A stretch of DNA of 64,000 nucleotides, taken from Gammaproteobacteria bacterium (lineage in GTDB: Bacteria; Pseudomonadota; Gammaproteobacteria; UBA1113). A program made the translations under genes and the position numbers. The notes under the pieces were generated by a model. The model made no database searches, was not told the DNA's origin, and worked only from the letters and a program-made list of their open reading frames with translations. Of this stretch, positions 19,766 to 27,782 are shown in pieces; position 1 is the stretch's first letter, and every line of letters begins with the position of its first letter. Where the stretch lies: positions 7,199 through 71,198 of the forward strand of contig JAGVJQ010000032.1 in the NCBI GenBank assembly GCA_020051015.1, in the 5' to 3' direction.

Positions 19766-19784
19766 GGGCGTATGCAATACGCCC
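19766..19784. terminator. perfect 8 bp stem / 3 nt loop palindrome gggcgtat-gca-atacgccc immediately after gpsA
   Basis: Seen directly. Related copies are at about 13122 (ggacgtatgtaatacgccc) and, degenerate, at about 22442. Confidence 0.55.
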
Positions 19785-19796
19785 TTCATTTACCTA

Positions 19797-19819
19797 GGAG
19801 CTGTTGACAATTCTACTTT
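19797..19819. repeat. MITE terminal-inverted-repeat fragment (left-end type)
   Basis: agctgttgacaattctact matches the left terminus of the MITE copies (ggggctgttgacaattctact). It is preceded by cctagg, as at the MITE flanks. Confidence 0.7.
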
Positions 19820-21233
19820 AACGCAAAGGTCTCATTGAAAGTTTATTGGCTGGCCCATTAACATGTCCGATATCGGATGCTGGAAATACTTGCGCATTGA
19901 CTCTTGTTAATGGCAAATCGTAATTAACACTACCCAGGAATTTACGCGTTAAAGCAGTAGGATCGACTGCAACGTAAGATTGTGCTGATGCACTACTTTG
20001 TTGCGCGATGGCCTTTAGCCCACTTGATGCTTGTCGATGTACTTCACCAAGAGCATAAGCAGAATTTTTTAGTTTATTATACACTTCATCAGCATTTCCA
20101 AATTGTGGATTTTGTTCCGCAAAGGTTTTTGTTAAATCTCGGCTAACTAACAATCCATGCGGTGTAGTAATCAATAACTGTGTTAATGCGCCATTGCCAT
20201 TTTGTCGACCATATTTATGTCCATATTGCTTTAACCAATTAAGGAAAAACTCACCAAATTCAGTTGCGCCCAGCGAACCGCTGATTTCAGATGAGCTAAT
20301 CTCTTTACCCGGAATAAACATGCCACTATTAGTAAAATGAGATTGAGGTACAGTGGCTTCTTGATTAAATGTGGTATTTTCTTGATTACTGTCTGCGTCA
20401 TCAGCTTGTTTAGCATTTTTCTTATCTTCACTAGATTCACCAATTTCATATTGTTGAATTAAATCACCAATTAAAAATCCAGCTTCTAAATTGGGTTGTT
20501 GTTCTAAATCAGCTTCGATAGGTAAAATACATTTAGCAAATAAACCTGCATGTTTATCATCATTTAATAAAATGGCTAACCATGCGTTAAAAATTTCAGC
20601 ATCCGTTGCAATCCAGCTCACACCGACTGGCGGTAAAGTCTCTAATGCTAAAACCAAGGTACTGCGGGCTGCTAATTCATCACGACGTGTCGTTTCAAAA
20701 CTATAACGATAAAATTCGCCCTGATCTCGCATATATCCTTTTACAGGATTCCATCGTTGTGTTGGATGACCATTCATTTCACACATCATCACCCAGTACG
20801 TAGCAACAACTTGACCAATACCATACATCAAGCCAGCAGTAAAAAGTGCGTAACTCCAAATGGCTTGCCGAATGGGCATTTGCTCAGGGGTCGCATGGCG
20901 GACAGGAAATTCACGGCGATACCAAGCTAAAGTTTGTAGCGCTCGCTTGATGCCAAGCTCTAATAAACCACCATGATAATTAAACGTGTCAACTTGGGTT
21001 GCAGGTAATCCTTGCACAAAATTGGCGTAATCATGAATAGCTTTCAAATATAAGTCATTGAAAACACTTTCTGGCACAAAAGCTAAATTTTTTAACTGCG
21101 ACAATGTTTGTTGGTAATTTTTGCCTTTAAGCAATTGTTCCGCTGATAATACTGGATAATGCGGTGGTAATTTCGACATGATAGGTGTTACTTTATCCCA
21201 AGCTGGAGATGAGGCTACTTTTGTTGTAAACAT
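19818..21233 (-). CDS. hypothetical protein with similarity to the N-terminal HD-like domain of MobH/TraI_2-type ICE relaxases, with catalytic residues substituted
   Basis: Segment LPATQVDTFNYHGGLLELGIKRALQTLAWYRR...ATPEQMPIRQAIWSYALFTAGLMYGIGQVV resembles the LPAS...HHxxxGGLLxHTLEV...LLHDIGK region of MobH relaxases, but the second His, the H-T and the HD are replaced. 471 aa, no transmembrane segment. Confidence 0.4.
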   Translation of the reverse strand: MFTTKVASSPAWDKVTPIMSKLPPHYPVLSAEQLLKGKNYQQTLSQLKNLAFVPESVFNDLYLKAIHDYANFVQGLPATQVDTFNYHGGLLELGIKRALQTLAWYRREFPVRHATPEQMPIRQAIWSYALFTAGLMYGIGQVVATYWVMMCEMNGHPTQRWNPVKGYMRDQGEFYRYSFETTRRDELAARSTLVLALETLPPVGVSWIATDAEIFNAWLAILLNDDKHAGLFAKCILPIEADLEQQPNLEAGFLIGDLIQQYEIGESSEDKKNAKQADDADSNQENTTFNQEATVPQSHFTNSGMFIPGKEISSSEISGSLGATEFGEFFLNWLKQYGHKYGRQNGNGALTQLLITTPHGLLVSRDLTKTFAEQNPQFGNADEVYNKLKNSAYALGEVHRQASSGLKAIAQQSSASAQSYVAVDPTALTRKFLGSVNYDLPLTRVNAQVFPASDIGHVNGPANKLSMRPLR

Positions 21234-21282
21234 AATAATCCTTTTCGTTTACATAGGCACGTCATCAGACGTGCCGTATAAT

Positions 21283-22059
21283 TTAAACAAACTTATCAAA
21301 TTGTTGCAGTTTTAAATGATTAACAACTTTTTTAATCGATGATATATATCGATTACCCAATTCAGAATAAGCCATTAATCCATTGACCAATTCAATACTG
21401 TTGATATTTTTCTTTTGCGAACGTTCGTTATAACGAATATTTCGCATTTGTTTATATGCCTTATTGCTATTCAAGTTGTGAATATAGGTATTAATTGCAT
21501 CATCAATATCATCAAACTTAGCCATTTCATAATAATTACCGCGTCGATTATGGCCTGTACTGACACCACAACCACGTGAAAAACACTCTTGGCCAAAATA
21601 ATTATTCGCATGACGGGCAATATGAGAGTTACCCCATCCTGATTCTTGGATTGCTTGTGCCAATACCAGTGAAACAGGAACAATATCTACACGCTTATCT
21701 AATTCTTGCCATGTGCCTTTACTATTAAAGTTTGGCGATGCAATTTTATATTCACTCGCTAAATTCATTAACCAATGTTTATCACCGGCAGATAAATCTT
21801 TACCACTTTGATATTGCGTTTGCAATGAAAGTAATTGTTTTCGGTCACTCAATATTTGTTGATTTGTTTGATAAGTACTATCTACTACTGATTCAACAAA
21901 TTTGGCATGCTGTCCAGAAAAATTACTTTTCACTTGCTGACTAACTTGGGCGTGGTTCCCAAACCAATTAAATGCAAATGCATTTGTCGAAAGTACCAAC
22001 AACGGTACTAAAATTAAACTAGCGAAAACTGATTTTGTCCGCCTTGGTTGTTTTTGCAT
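21283..22059 (-). CDS. Bax-like protein with mannosyl-glycoprotein endo-beta-N-acetylglucosaminidase (FlgJ-type) domain
   Basis: Signal peptide or TM. Motif LVLAQAIQESGWGNSHIARHANNYFG is typical of the glucosaminidase domain. Confidence 0.7.
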   Translation of the reverse strand: MQKQPRRTKSVFASLILVPLLVLSTNAFAFNWFGNHAQVSQQVKSNFSGQHAKFVESVVDSTYQTNQQILSDRKQLLSLQTQYQSGKDLSAGDKHWLMNLASEYKIASPNFNSKGTWQELDKRVDIVPVSLVLAQAIQESGWGNSHIARHANNYFGQECFSRGCGVSTGHNRRGNYYEMAKFDDIDDAINTYIHNLNSNKAYKQMRNIRYNERSQKKNINSIELVNGLMAYSELGNRYISSIKKVVNHLKLQQFDKFV

Positions 22060-22526
22060 ATCTTTTACCTCTTTCTTTTGGTCGAAGGTTTAATCTAAAT
22101 TTATTTTTAGATTAAGAGAATGCCCAACAACATCCTTGCTCATTGCACATTTAAGGCGACTACCTAAATACAACCGAATAAACATATTCACCGAATTGTG
22201 AATATATTGAACTTGGGTAGTCACTTTCGAGCCGTCAATTATATCAAAAAATGTTCTAAATGCAAAACAAAAAATTAAATGGGATATAATCAAGAGGTTA
22301 GATGTCTGAATAAAACAAGAAAATCTTAAGAAGCAATGAAGTATTTTTTAATGAGAATTAAATAACATATTGATTTATAACACATAAAATCATGCTATCT
22401 GCGAAGAAGTAAAATAAAGTGTTGTCCGATGTCGGATAAATGGGCATATGCAATACAAAGAATTTTCTTGACGGTGTAGGATGGGCTAAATATTGTTGCC
22501 CTCGAAGAGGTATCGCATAACAATAT

Positions 22527-22569
22527 GTGCCCACCATTGGTGATGAGTGATGGCATGATGGTGGGCACA
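22527..22569. other. 12 bp-stem hairpin (tgtgcccaccat ... atggtgggcaca) inside a 635 bp non-coding region
   Basis: Seen directly. It is followed by a T-containing stretch. It could be the terminator of the upstream lipoprotein gene or part of an sRNA. Confidence 0.4.
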
Positions 22570-22694
22570 CATCGCTTCATTATCGTGCTAATTAGTTGTT
22601 TTTGCACGTGACGCGATGTTTAGTCCACCCTACATAAAAAAAATTCTTTGGGAGATCTTCGCTCCATCCAGGCACATTTTGCCTTAAACTGTTA

Positions 22695-22994
22695 TTACCC
22701 TTTTTGCCCAGCTTTCTGTGCGGCTAAGCTACCAGGAGGCAATAAAGACACTGGGGCAGCTTGATTATTAGGCAAATCAGGAACGACATAATAAGGATCA
22801 TTTGGAATTGGTGGCACACCAGCGGGCATTTGTAATGCTGGCACGCTCTTACCCTGCGAATAGATAACATTACGATCGGGGAATAACCCGGCCTTTTGCG
22901 CATAGGAAGAATGCGTAACGCTAGAGCAACCTGTGATTTCACCTAATATGGATACGGCTACCGCACCTAAGAAAAGTTTTTTAACTAATTTCAT
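22695..22994 (-). CDS. small proline-rich lipoprotein, possibly a minimal BamC (only the N-terminal BamD-binding region)
   Basis: Lipobox LGEITGC. It lies immediately downstream of dapA, as E. coli bamC does. ALQMPAGVPPIPNDPYYVVP resembles the BamC N-terminal [20 protein letters not shown] segment. Only 99 aa. Confidence 0.5.
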   Translation of the reverse strand: MKLVKKLFLGAVAVSILGEITGCSSVTHSSYAQKAGLFPDRNVIYSQGKSVPALQMPAGVPPIPNDPYYVVPDLPNNQAAPVSLLPPGSLAAQKAGQKG

Positions 22995-23010
22995 TTTTAT
23001 TTCCGCGTGT

Positions 23011-23039
23011 CCCGCATAGTAGAATTGTCAATCGACCTG
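23011..23039. repeat. MITE terminal-inverted-repeat fragment (right-end type, inverted relative to the one at 19797)
   Basis: The reverse complement caggtcgattgacaattctactatgcggg matches the MITE terminus ttgacaattctactatgctggg. It overlaps the dapA stop. Confidence 0.65.
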
Positions 23040-23915
23040 AATACCGGCTTGTTGCATCGCAGCCAATACCTCAGGATAATATTTTTCTGACAGTGGTGTT
23101 AACGGTAATCGAATACCATTTGGAATTAACCCCATTTTTGCCAGCGCCCATTTTACCGGAATTGGGTTAGCTTCGACAAATAATTTCCGATGTAAGCCTG
23201 CTAATTTTGCATCAATTGCTTCAGCTTGCGCTTTGTCGCCCGCCAATGCTGCCATCGACATTTCATGCATGAGTTTCGGTGCTACGTTTGCCGTAACAGA
23301 AATGACACCCTTACCACCGGCCAACATAATCGCGCACGCCACTGCATCATCGCCACTATAAACATCTATTTTTCCGTCGCAAAGCGATAAAATTTCAATT
23401 GTACGCTCAAGTTTTCCCGTCGCTTCTTTAATACCAATGATATTAGGAAGATCTGCCAACCGAGCAACGGTTTCAGGTAAGATATCACAAACCGTACGAC
23501 CAGGAACATTGTATAAAATTTGTGGAATCGCCACTGCTTCCGCAATCGCTTTATAATGCTGAAATAATCCTTCTTGTGTTGGTTTCACATAACCTGGCGC
23601 CATTAATAAGCAAGCATCAGCACCTGCATCCATGGCTGCTTGTGTTAATTTAATCGCCGTGCTAGTTGCTGTTGCACCTGTTCCCGCAATCACAGGAATA
23701 CGGCCGGCAACTTCTTGTACAACATATTGTATGACATGATGATGTTCGTCATAGTTAAGTGTCGCAGCCTCACCCGTCGTGCCAACGGCAATAATTGCAT
23801 CCGTTTGATTTTGTAAATGAAAATCTACTAATTTTGTTAAGCATTCGTAATCAACATCTCCAGCAGCATCCATTGGGGTAACTAATGCCACCATACTACC
23901 TTTAAACATTTGCAT
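23028..23915 (-). CDS. dapA: 4-hydroxy-tetrahydrodipicolinate synthase
   Basis: MFKGSMVALVTPM...GTTGE; 295 aa; Schiff-base lysine region. Confidence 0.95.
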   Translation of the reverse strand: MQMFKGSMVALVTPMDAAGDVDYECLTKLVDFHLQNQTDAIIAVGTTGEAATLNYDEHHHVIQYVVQEVAGRIPVIAGTGATATSTAIKLTQAAMDAGADACLLMAPGYVKPTQEGLFQHYKAIAEAVAIPQILYNVPGRTVCDILPETVARLADLPNIIGIKEATGKLERTIEILSLCDGKIDVYSGDDAVACAIMLAGGKGVISVTANVAPKLMHEMSMAALAGDKAQAEAIDAKLAGLHRKLFVEANPIPVKWALAKMGLIPNGIRLPLTPLSEKYYPEVLAAMQQAGIQVD

Positions 23916-24004
23916 ACTCCTTCATTTCTTATTAGTATCCATGTTACACTATACTTCGTCACAAAGTATACTTTCATTGGTGTTTTAACACATGGAAATC
24001 TTGA

Positions 24005-24538
24005 ATGAATCAACACCTAGCATTAACCGTCTTAACACATGATCAGCCAAATACATTGGCACAATTAACTGAGTTTCTTGCATCACATCATTGCCAAATT
24101 CACTCTAGCCGTATGTTAGTACTTGGTGGCGAATTTGCTATGTTATTGCTAATTGCAGGTCCATGGAATGAAATTGCCAAGCTCGAATCCCATTTACCTG
24201 AATTTTCGACCAAGCACGATTTAATTGTGCAATTTAAACGCACTGAATTACAGCATCACGATAATCAAAAATGGATTCCATATTCTGTTGAATTAATTGC
24301 CCATGATTGCGATGGTTTAATAGAAACTATGAGCAGTTTTTTTACGGATCTGGGCGCAGTGATATATGAAGTACATAATAATCACTACACTGCCAATCCC
24401 ATAGGAATCCCCATGTTTTCACTTGCCATGCGCATTTTAGTGCCGGCCGATACGCAATTATCCGATTTGCGTGAACGCTTCATTAATATTTGTGATTTTT
24501 TGAATGTTGATGCTTACTTGGAACCTGAACGTGCATAA
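24005..24538 (+). CDS. gcvR: glycine cleavage system transcriptional repressor GcvR-like (tandem ACT domains)
   Basis: 177 aa with two ACT-like halves. Conserved position dapA-gcvR-bcp. Confidence 0.75.
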   Translation: MNQHLALTVLTHDQPNTLAQLTEFLASHHCQIHSSRMLVLGGEFAMLLLIAGPWNEIAKLESHLPEFSTKHDLIVQFKRTELQHHDNQKWIPYSVELIAHDCDGLIETMSSFFTDLGAVIYEVHNNHYTANPIGIPMFSLAMRILVPADTQLSDLRERFINICDFLNVDAYLEPERA

Positions 24539-24549
24539 GGAGTTCTATT

Positions 24550-25017
24550 ATGAGTAATATTGTGCTCAATCAACTCGTCCCTGATTTTTCTGCCCAGGCT
24601 ACAGACGGACAATTGATTAAATTGTCTGACTTAACAGGTAAAAATATTGTGCTTTATTTTTACCCAAAAGATAGCACGCCAGGTTGTACTATGGAGGGGG
24701 AAAACTTCCGGGATTTATATTCTGAATTTAAAAAATACCATACTGAAATTTTTGGTGTTTCACGTGATTCACTCACTTCACATGAAAAGTTTAGATGCAA
24801 TTACAATTTTCCATTTGCCTTAATCAGCGATAGCAACGAAGCATTATGTAAATTATTTGGTGTAATTAAAGAAAAAAATATGTATGGTAAGAAAGTAATG
24901 GGAATCGAACGCAGTACTTTCTTAATAGATAAAACAGGGAAACTAGTTGCAGAATGGCGTGGTGTAAAAGTTCCTGGCCATGTTGCTGCAGTTTTAGAAA
25001 AAGTGAAAGAATTGTAA
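24550..25017 (+). CDS. bcp: thiol peroxidase Bcp (peroxiredoxin Q)
   Basis: FYPKDSTPGCT peroxidatic cysteine motif; 155 aa. Confidence 0.9.
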   Translation: MSNIVLNQLVPDFSAQATDGQLIKLSDLTGKNIVLYFYPKDSTPGCTMEGENFRDLYSEFKKYHTEIFGVSRDSLTSHEKFRCNYNFPFALISDSNEALCKLFGVIKEKNMYGKKVMGIERSTFLIDKTGKLVAEWRGVKVPGHVAAVLEKVKEL

Positions 25018-25051
25018 ACAGACCCTAAGTTAACTTTATAAGGAATACTTC

Positions 25052-26455
25052 ATGACAAAAAAACGTGGGCAAGGTAAGCGGTTATTTGTTATTGATACCA
25101 ATGTTCTTATGCATGACCCTTCAGCCATCTACCGATTCGAAGAACATGATATTTACATTCCCATGGTAGTGTTAGAAGAATTAGATAACAATAAAAAAGG
25201 GTTATCTGAAGTTGCACGTAACGTGCGACAAGTGAGTCGTTATTTCGCTGATATTATTGCTAACGCTCAAGATAATCAAATCAAAGCGGGTCTTAGCTTA
25301 ACAAAGAATTCTTCGCAAACCAAGACACACGGTCGTTTATTTTTCCAAACACATGAGCTAACAGCTACCTTACCGCATAGTTTACCTGGCAATAAACCTG
25401 ACAATGGTATTTTAGAAACCGTCATTGCATTACAAGCAGAGCATGCAGATGTCACCATTATTCTCGTTTCTAAAGATATTAATTTACGTATTAAAGCCAC
25501 TTTATTAGGCATTCATGCTGAAGATTATTTTAATGATCAAGTCATTGATGATATCGATTTATTGTATAAAGGCGTACAACAATTAGATGAAAATTTCTGG
25601 GAAAAACATGGCAGTAAAATGCAATCTTGGAAAGACAAAGAAAAAACATATTATCGCTTAACCGGTGATGATATACATCAATGGTATCCCAATATGTTTT
25701 TATCCACTCCTGATGAAGAAGGTTTTTCTGCGGTAGTGAGAGAAATTCATGATAATGATGCATTGATTGAGTTAACCACTGATTATCGCCATCAGAATAA
25801 TGCTGTATGGGGAATTACTGCTCGTAACCGCGAACAAAATTTTGCACTGAATTTATTGATGGATCCTTCTATTGATTTTGTCTCATTACAAGGCATTGCA
25901 GGTACTGGCAAAACATTATTAACCCTCGCGGCTGGTTTAGCACAAACCATCGAGAAGAAACTTTATCGTGAAATTATTGTTACACGTGTAACGGTGCCAC
26001 TTGGTGAAGATATAGGTTTCTTACCTGGTACGGAAGAGGAAAAGATGACGCCGTGGATGGGCGCTTTAATGGATAATTTGGAAGTCTTACACTGTCATGA
26101 TGATACTGAAGATTGGGAGATAAGCGCTACCAATGATTTATTACGCAATCGTATTAAAATTCGTTCTATGAATTTTATGCGTGGTCGAACCTTCTTGAAT
26201 AAATATATCATTATTGATGAAGCACAAAATTTATCAGCTAAACAAATTAAGACGTTAATAACTCGTGCGGGACCCGGCACTAAAATTGTATGTTTAGGTG
26301 ATATTAAACAAATTGATACCCCTTATTTGACAGAAACCAACTCTGGTTTTACTTATGCCGTCGATCGGTTTCGACCATGGAGTCACAGCGGCCATGTCAC
26401 GTTAAATCGTGGTGAGCGCTCGCGTTTGGCAGATTTTGCGGCAGAACAATTATAA
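25052..26455 (+). CDS. PhoH-like ATPase with N-terminal PIN domain (YlaK/PhoH2 family)
   Basis: PIN acidic residues at the N-terminus (LFVIDTNVLMHDP, VVLEELD). Walker A GIAGTGKT; Walker B IIIDEAQN. Confidence 0.85.
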   Translation: MTKKRGQGKRLFVIDTNVLMHDPSAIYRFEEHDIYIPMVVLEELDNNKKGLSEVARNVRQVSRYFADIIANAQDNQIKAGLSLTKNSSQTKTHGRLFFQTHELTATLPHSLPGNKPDNGILETVIALQAEHADVTIILVSKDINLRIKATLLGIHAEDYFNDQVIDDIDLLYKGVQQLDENFWEKHGSKMQSWKDKEKTYYRLTGDDIHQWYPNMFLSTPDEEGFSAVVREIHDNDALIELTTDYRHQNNAVWGITARNREQNFALNLLMDPSIDFVSLQGIAGTGKTLLTLAAGLAQTIEKKLYREIIVTRVTVPLGEDIGFLPGTEEEKMTPWMGALMDNLEVLHCHDDTEDWEISATNDLLRNRIKIRSMNFMRGRTFLNKYIIIDEAQNLSAKQIKTLITRAGPGTKIVCLGDIKQIDTPYLTETNSGFTYAVDRFRPWSHSGHVTLNRGERSRLADFAAEQL

Positions 26456-26534
26456 ATATAATAAACTAGATAGGTAGGTCAATTACGTTTATTGGCTTAC
26501 CTAATTAATAATATAAAAAAAGCATTCTGTTAAA

Positions 26535-27782
26535 ATGAAAGAAAAACTATTACAAACGATTAATCAATTAATTCCACAAATAGATAAAGTACTTAAAAAG
26601 AAAAAAATTCGTACTGCAGATACGGCTGAAGCACTGGATTTTATAGCTTTATTAAATAAAATCAGCATTATTAAAAAAGAAAAAATCCTTCGCAGTGATG
26701 ATGCCTTTTTAATCTTTTTATCCCTTGCGGAAATTTTATTCATTAGCTTAAATTATCTAATAAAACATGAATTAATAGATGAAACAATTAAAAGAACTCT
26801 CTACGAGATTTACGCTAAACTAAACTGGTGTTCAAACCAAATATTCGGACAAAAAGATACTGGTTTTTATTTTACTACGTCGACAAATTTTACTAATGAT
26901 GCAATAACTAACGAAACAGTCATTCCTACAATAAAAAATATGGCTTATCTCAACCTAACACATAACTATCTATTAGAAACACAGCAGTTATATACAGAAA
27001 AAAATAGGACAAAAAAAATATCTGTAGCTGAAAAAATACTCTTCTACCGCTTTACATTCTTAATATTATCAACATATAACAATAATAATATAATTAGTGG
27101 TTACCGAATTATTAAGGATCATGTTAATGTATTACCCGATTCTTACGAAGTAAATTATCAAACTTGTATTGATTCCATTAAATCGTTATATGAAAAAAAT
27201 TTATTAGCCCTTAAAGAAACACCGTACCAAGGCTTTTTTGTTGCTGCATTGCACTCACTCACAACACAGCTTGATTCAATTTCTAACCTAGAACAATTTA
27301 TCTCACTCATTCCACGCTTTATATCACAAGCGCTAGCAATCATTGCAGCTAGTCCATATAAAATAAAATTTGAATTATGCAATTTGGTTGATCTATTTAT
27401 GCTAGATACAATAGGAATTATATTTAATCTCAGTGAACATCCAATACTAAAGACAGTAAAAGATAATGTTTCTTCACTATATAGCAATATTGCGAATGCT
27501 GGTATTCCAATTTTAGCATGGCAACGACATTGCACGAACATTAAACTAGCTTGGGAAAAATTAGTTATCACCATTAATCAGCCTAATGTTTCAAGTGATT
27601 TATTTTCATCTTCTCTTGCTGCAATGATACCGAAAACTATGCAACTACAATATGCACAGAATGAGCAATTACGGCGATCATCGTCACCTATTCATAACAA
27701 GTCGAACTATAAAGATGGAACCATAGAAATTCACATTAAAGAAGAGTTTGCTGTTCCCATGCTCTTGAGTCTAACCTGCTAA
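26535..27782 (+). CDS. hypothetical protein (415 aa), very AT-rich, no recognisable motif; candidate effector
   Basis: Long ORF in a conspicuously low-GC segment, rich in I/N/K/L. No signal peptide and no TM evident. Confidence 0.5.
   Translation: MKEKLLQTINQLIPQIDKVLKKKKIRTADTAEALDFIALLNKISIIKKEKILRSDDAFLIFLSLAEILFISLNYLIKHELIDETIKRTLYEIYAKLNWCSNQIFGQKDTGFYFTTSTNFTNDAITNETVIPTIKNMAYLNLTHNYLLETQQLYTEKNRTKKISVAEKILFYRFTFLILSTYNNNNIISGYRIIKDHVNVLPDSYEVNYQTCIDSIKSLYEKNLLALKETPYQGFFVAALHSLTTQLDSISNLEQFISLIPRFISQALAIIAASPYKIKFELCNLVDLFMLDTIGIIFNLSEHPILKTVKDNVSSLYSNIANAGIPILAWQRHCTNIKLAWEKLVITINQPNVSSDLFSSSLAAMIPKTMQLQYAQNEQLRRSSSPIHNKSNYKDGTIEIHIKEEFAVPMLLSLTC

Noticed and set aside
22090-22607. 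Three 67-70 aa ORFs in the 635 bp non-coding region
   Set aside because: They have no RBS, odd composition and mutual overlap. The region is more plausibly non-coding (sRNA or remnant), and this is reported as a finding instead.
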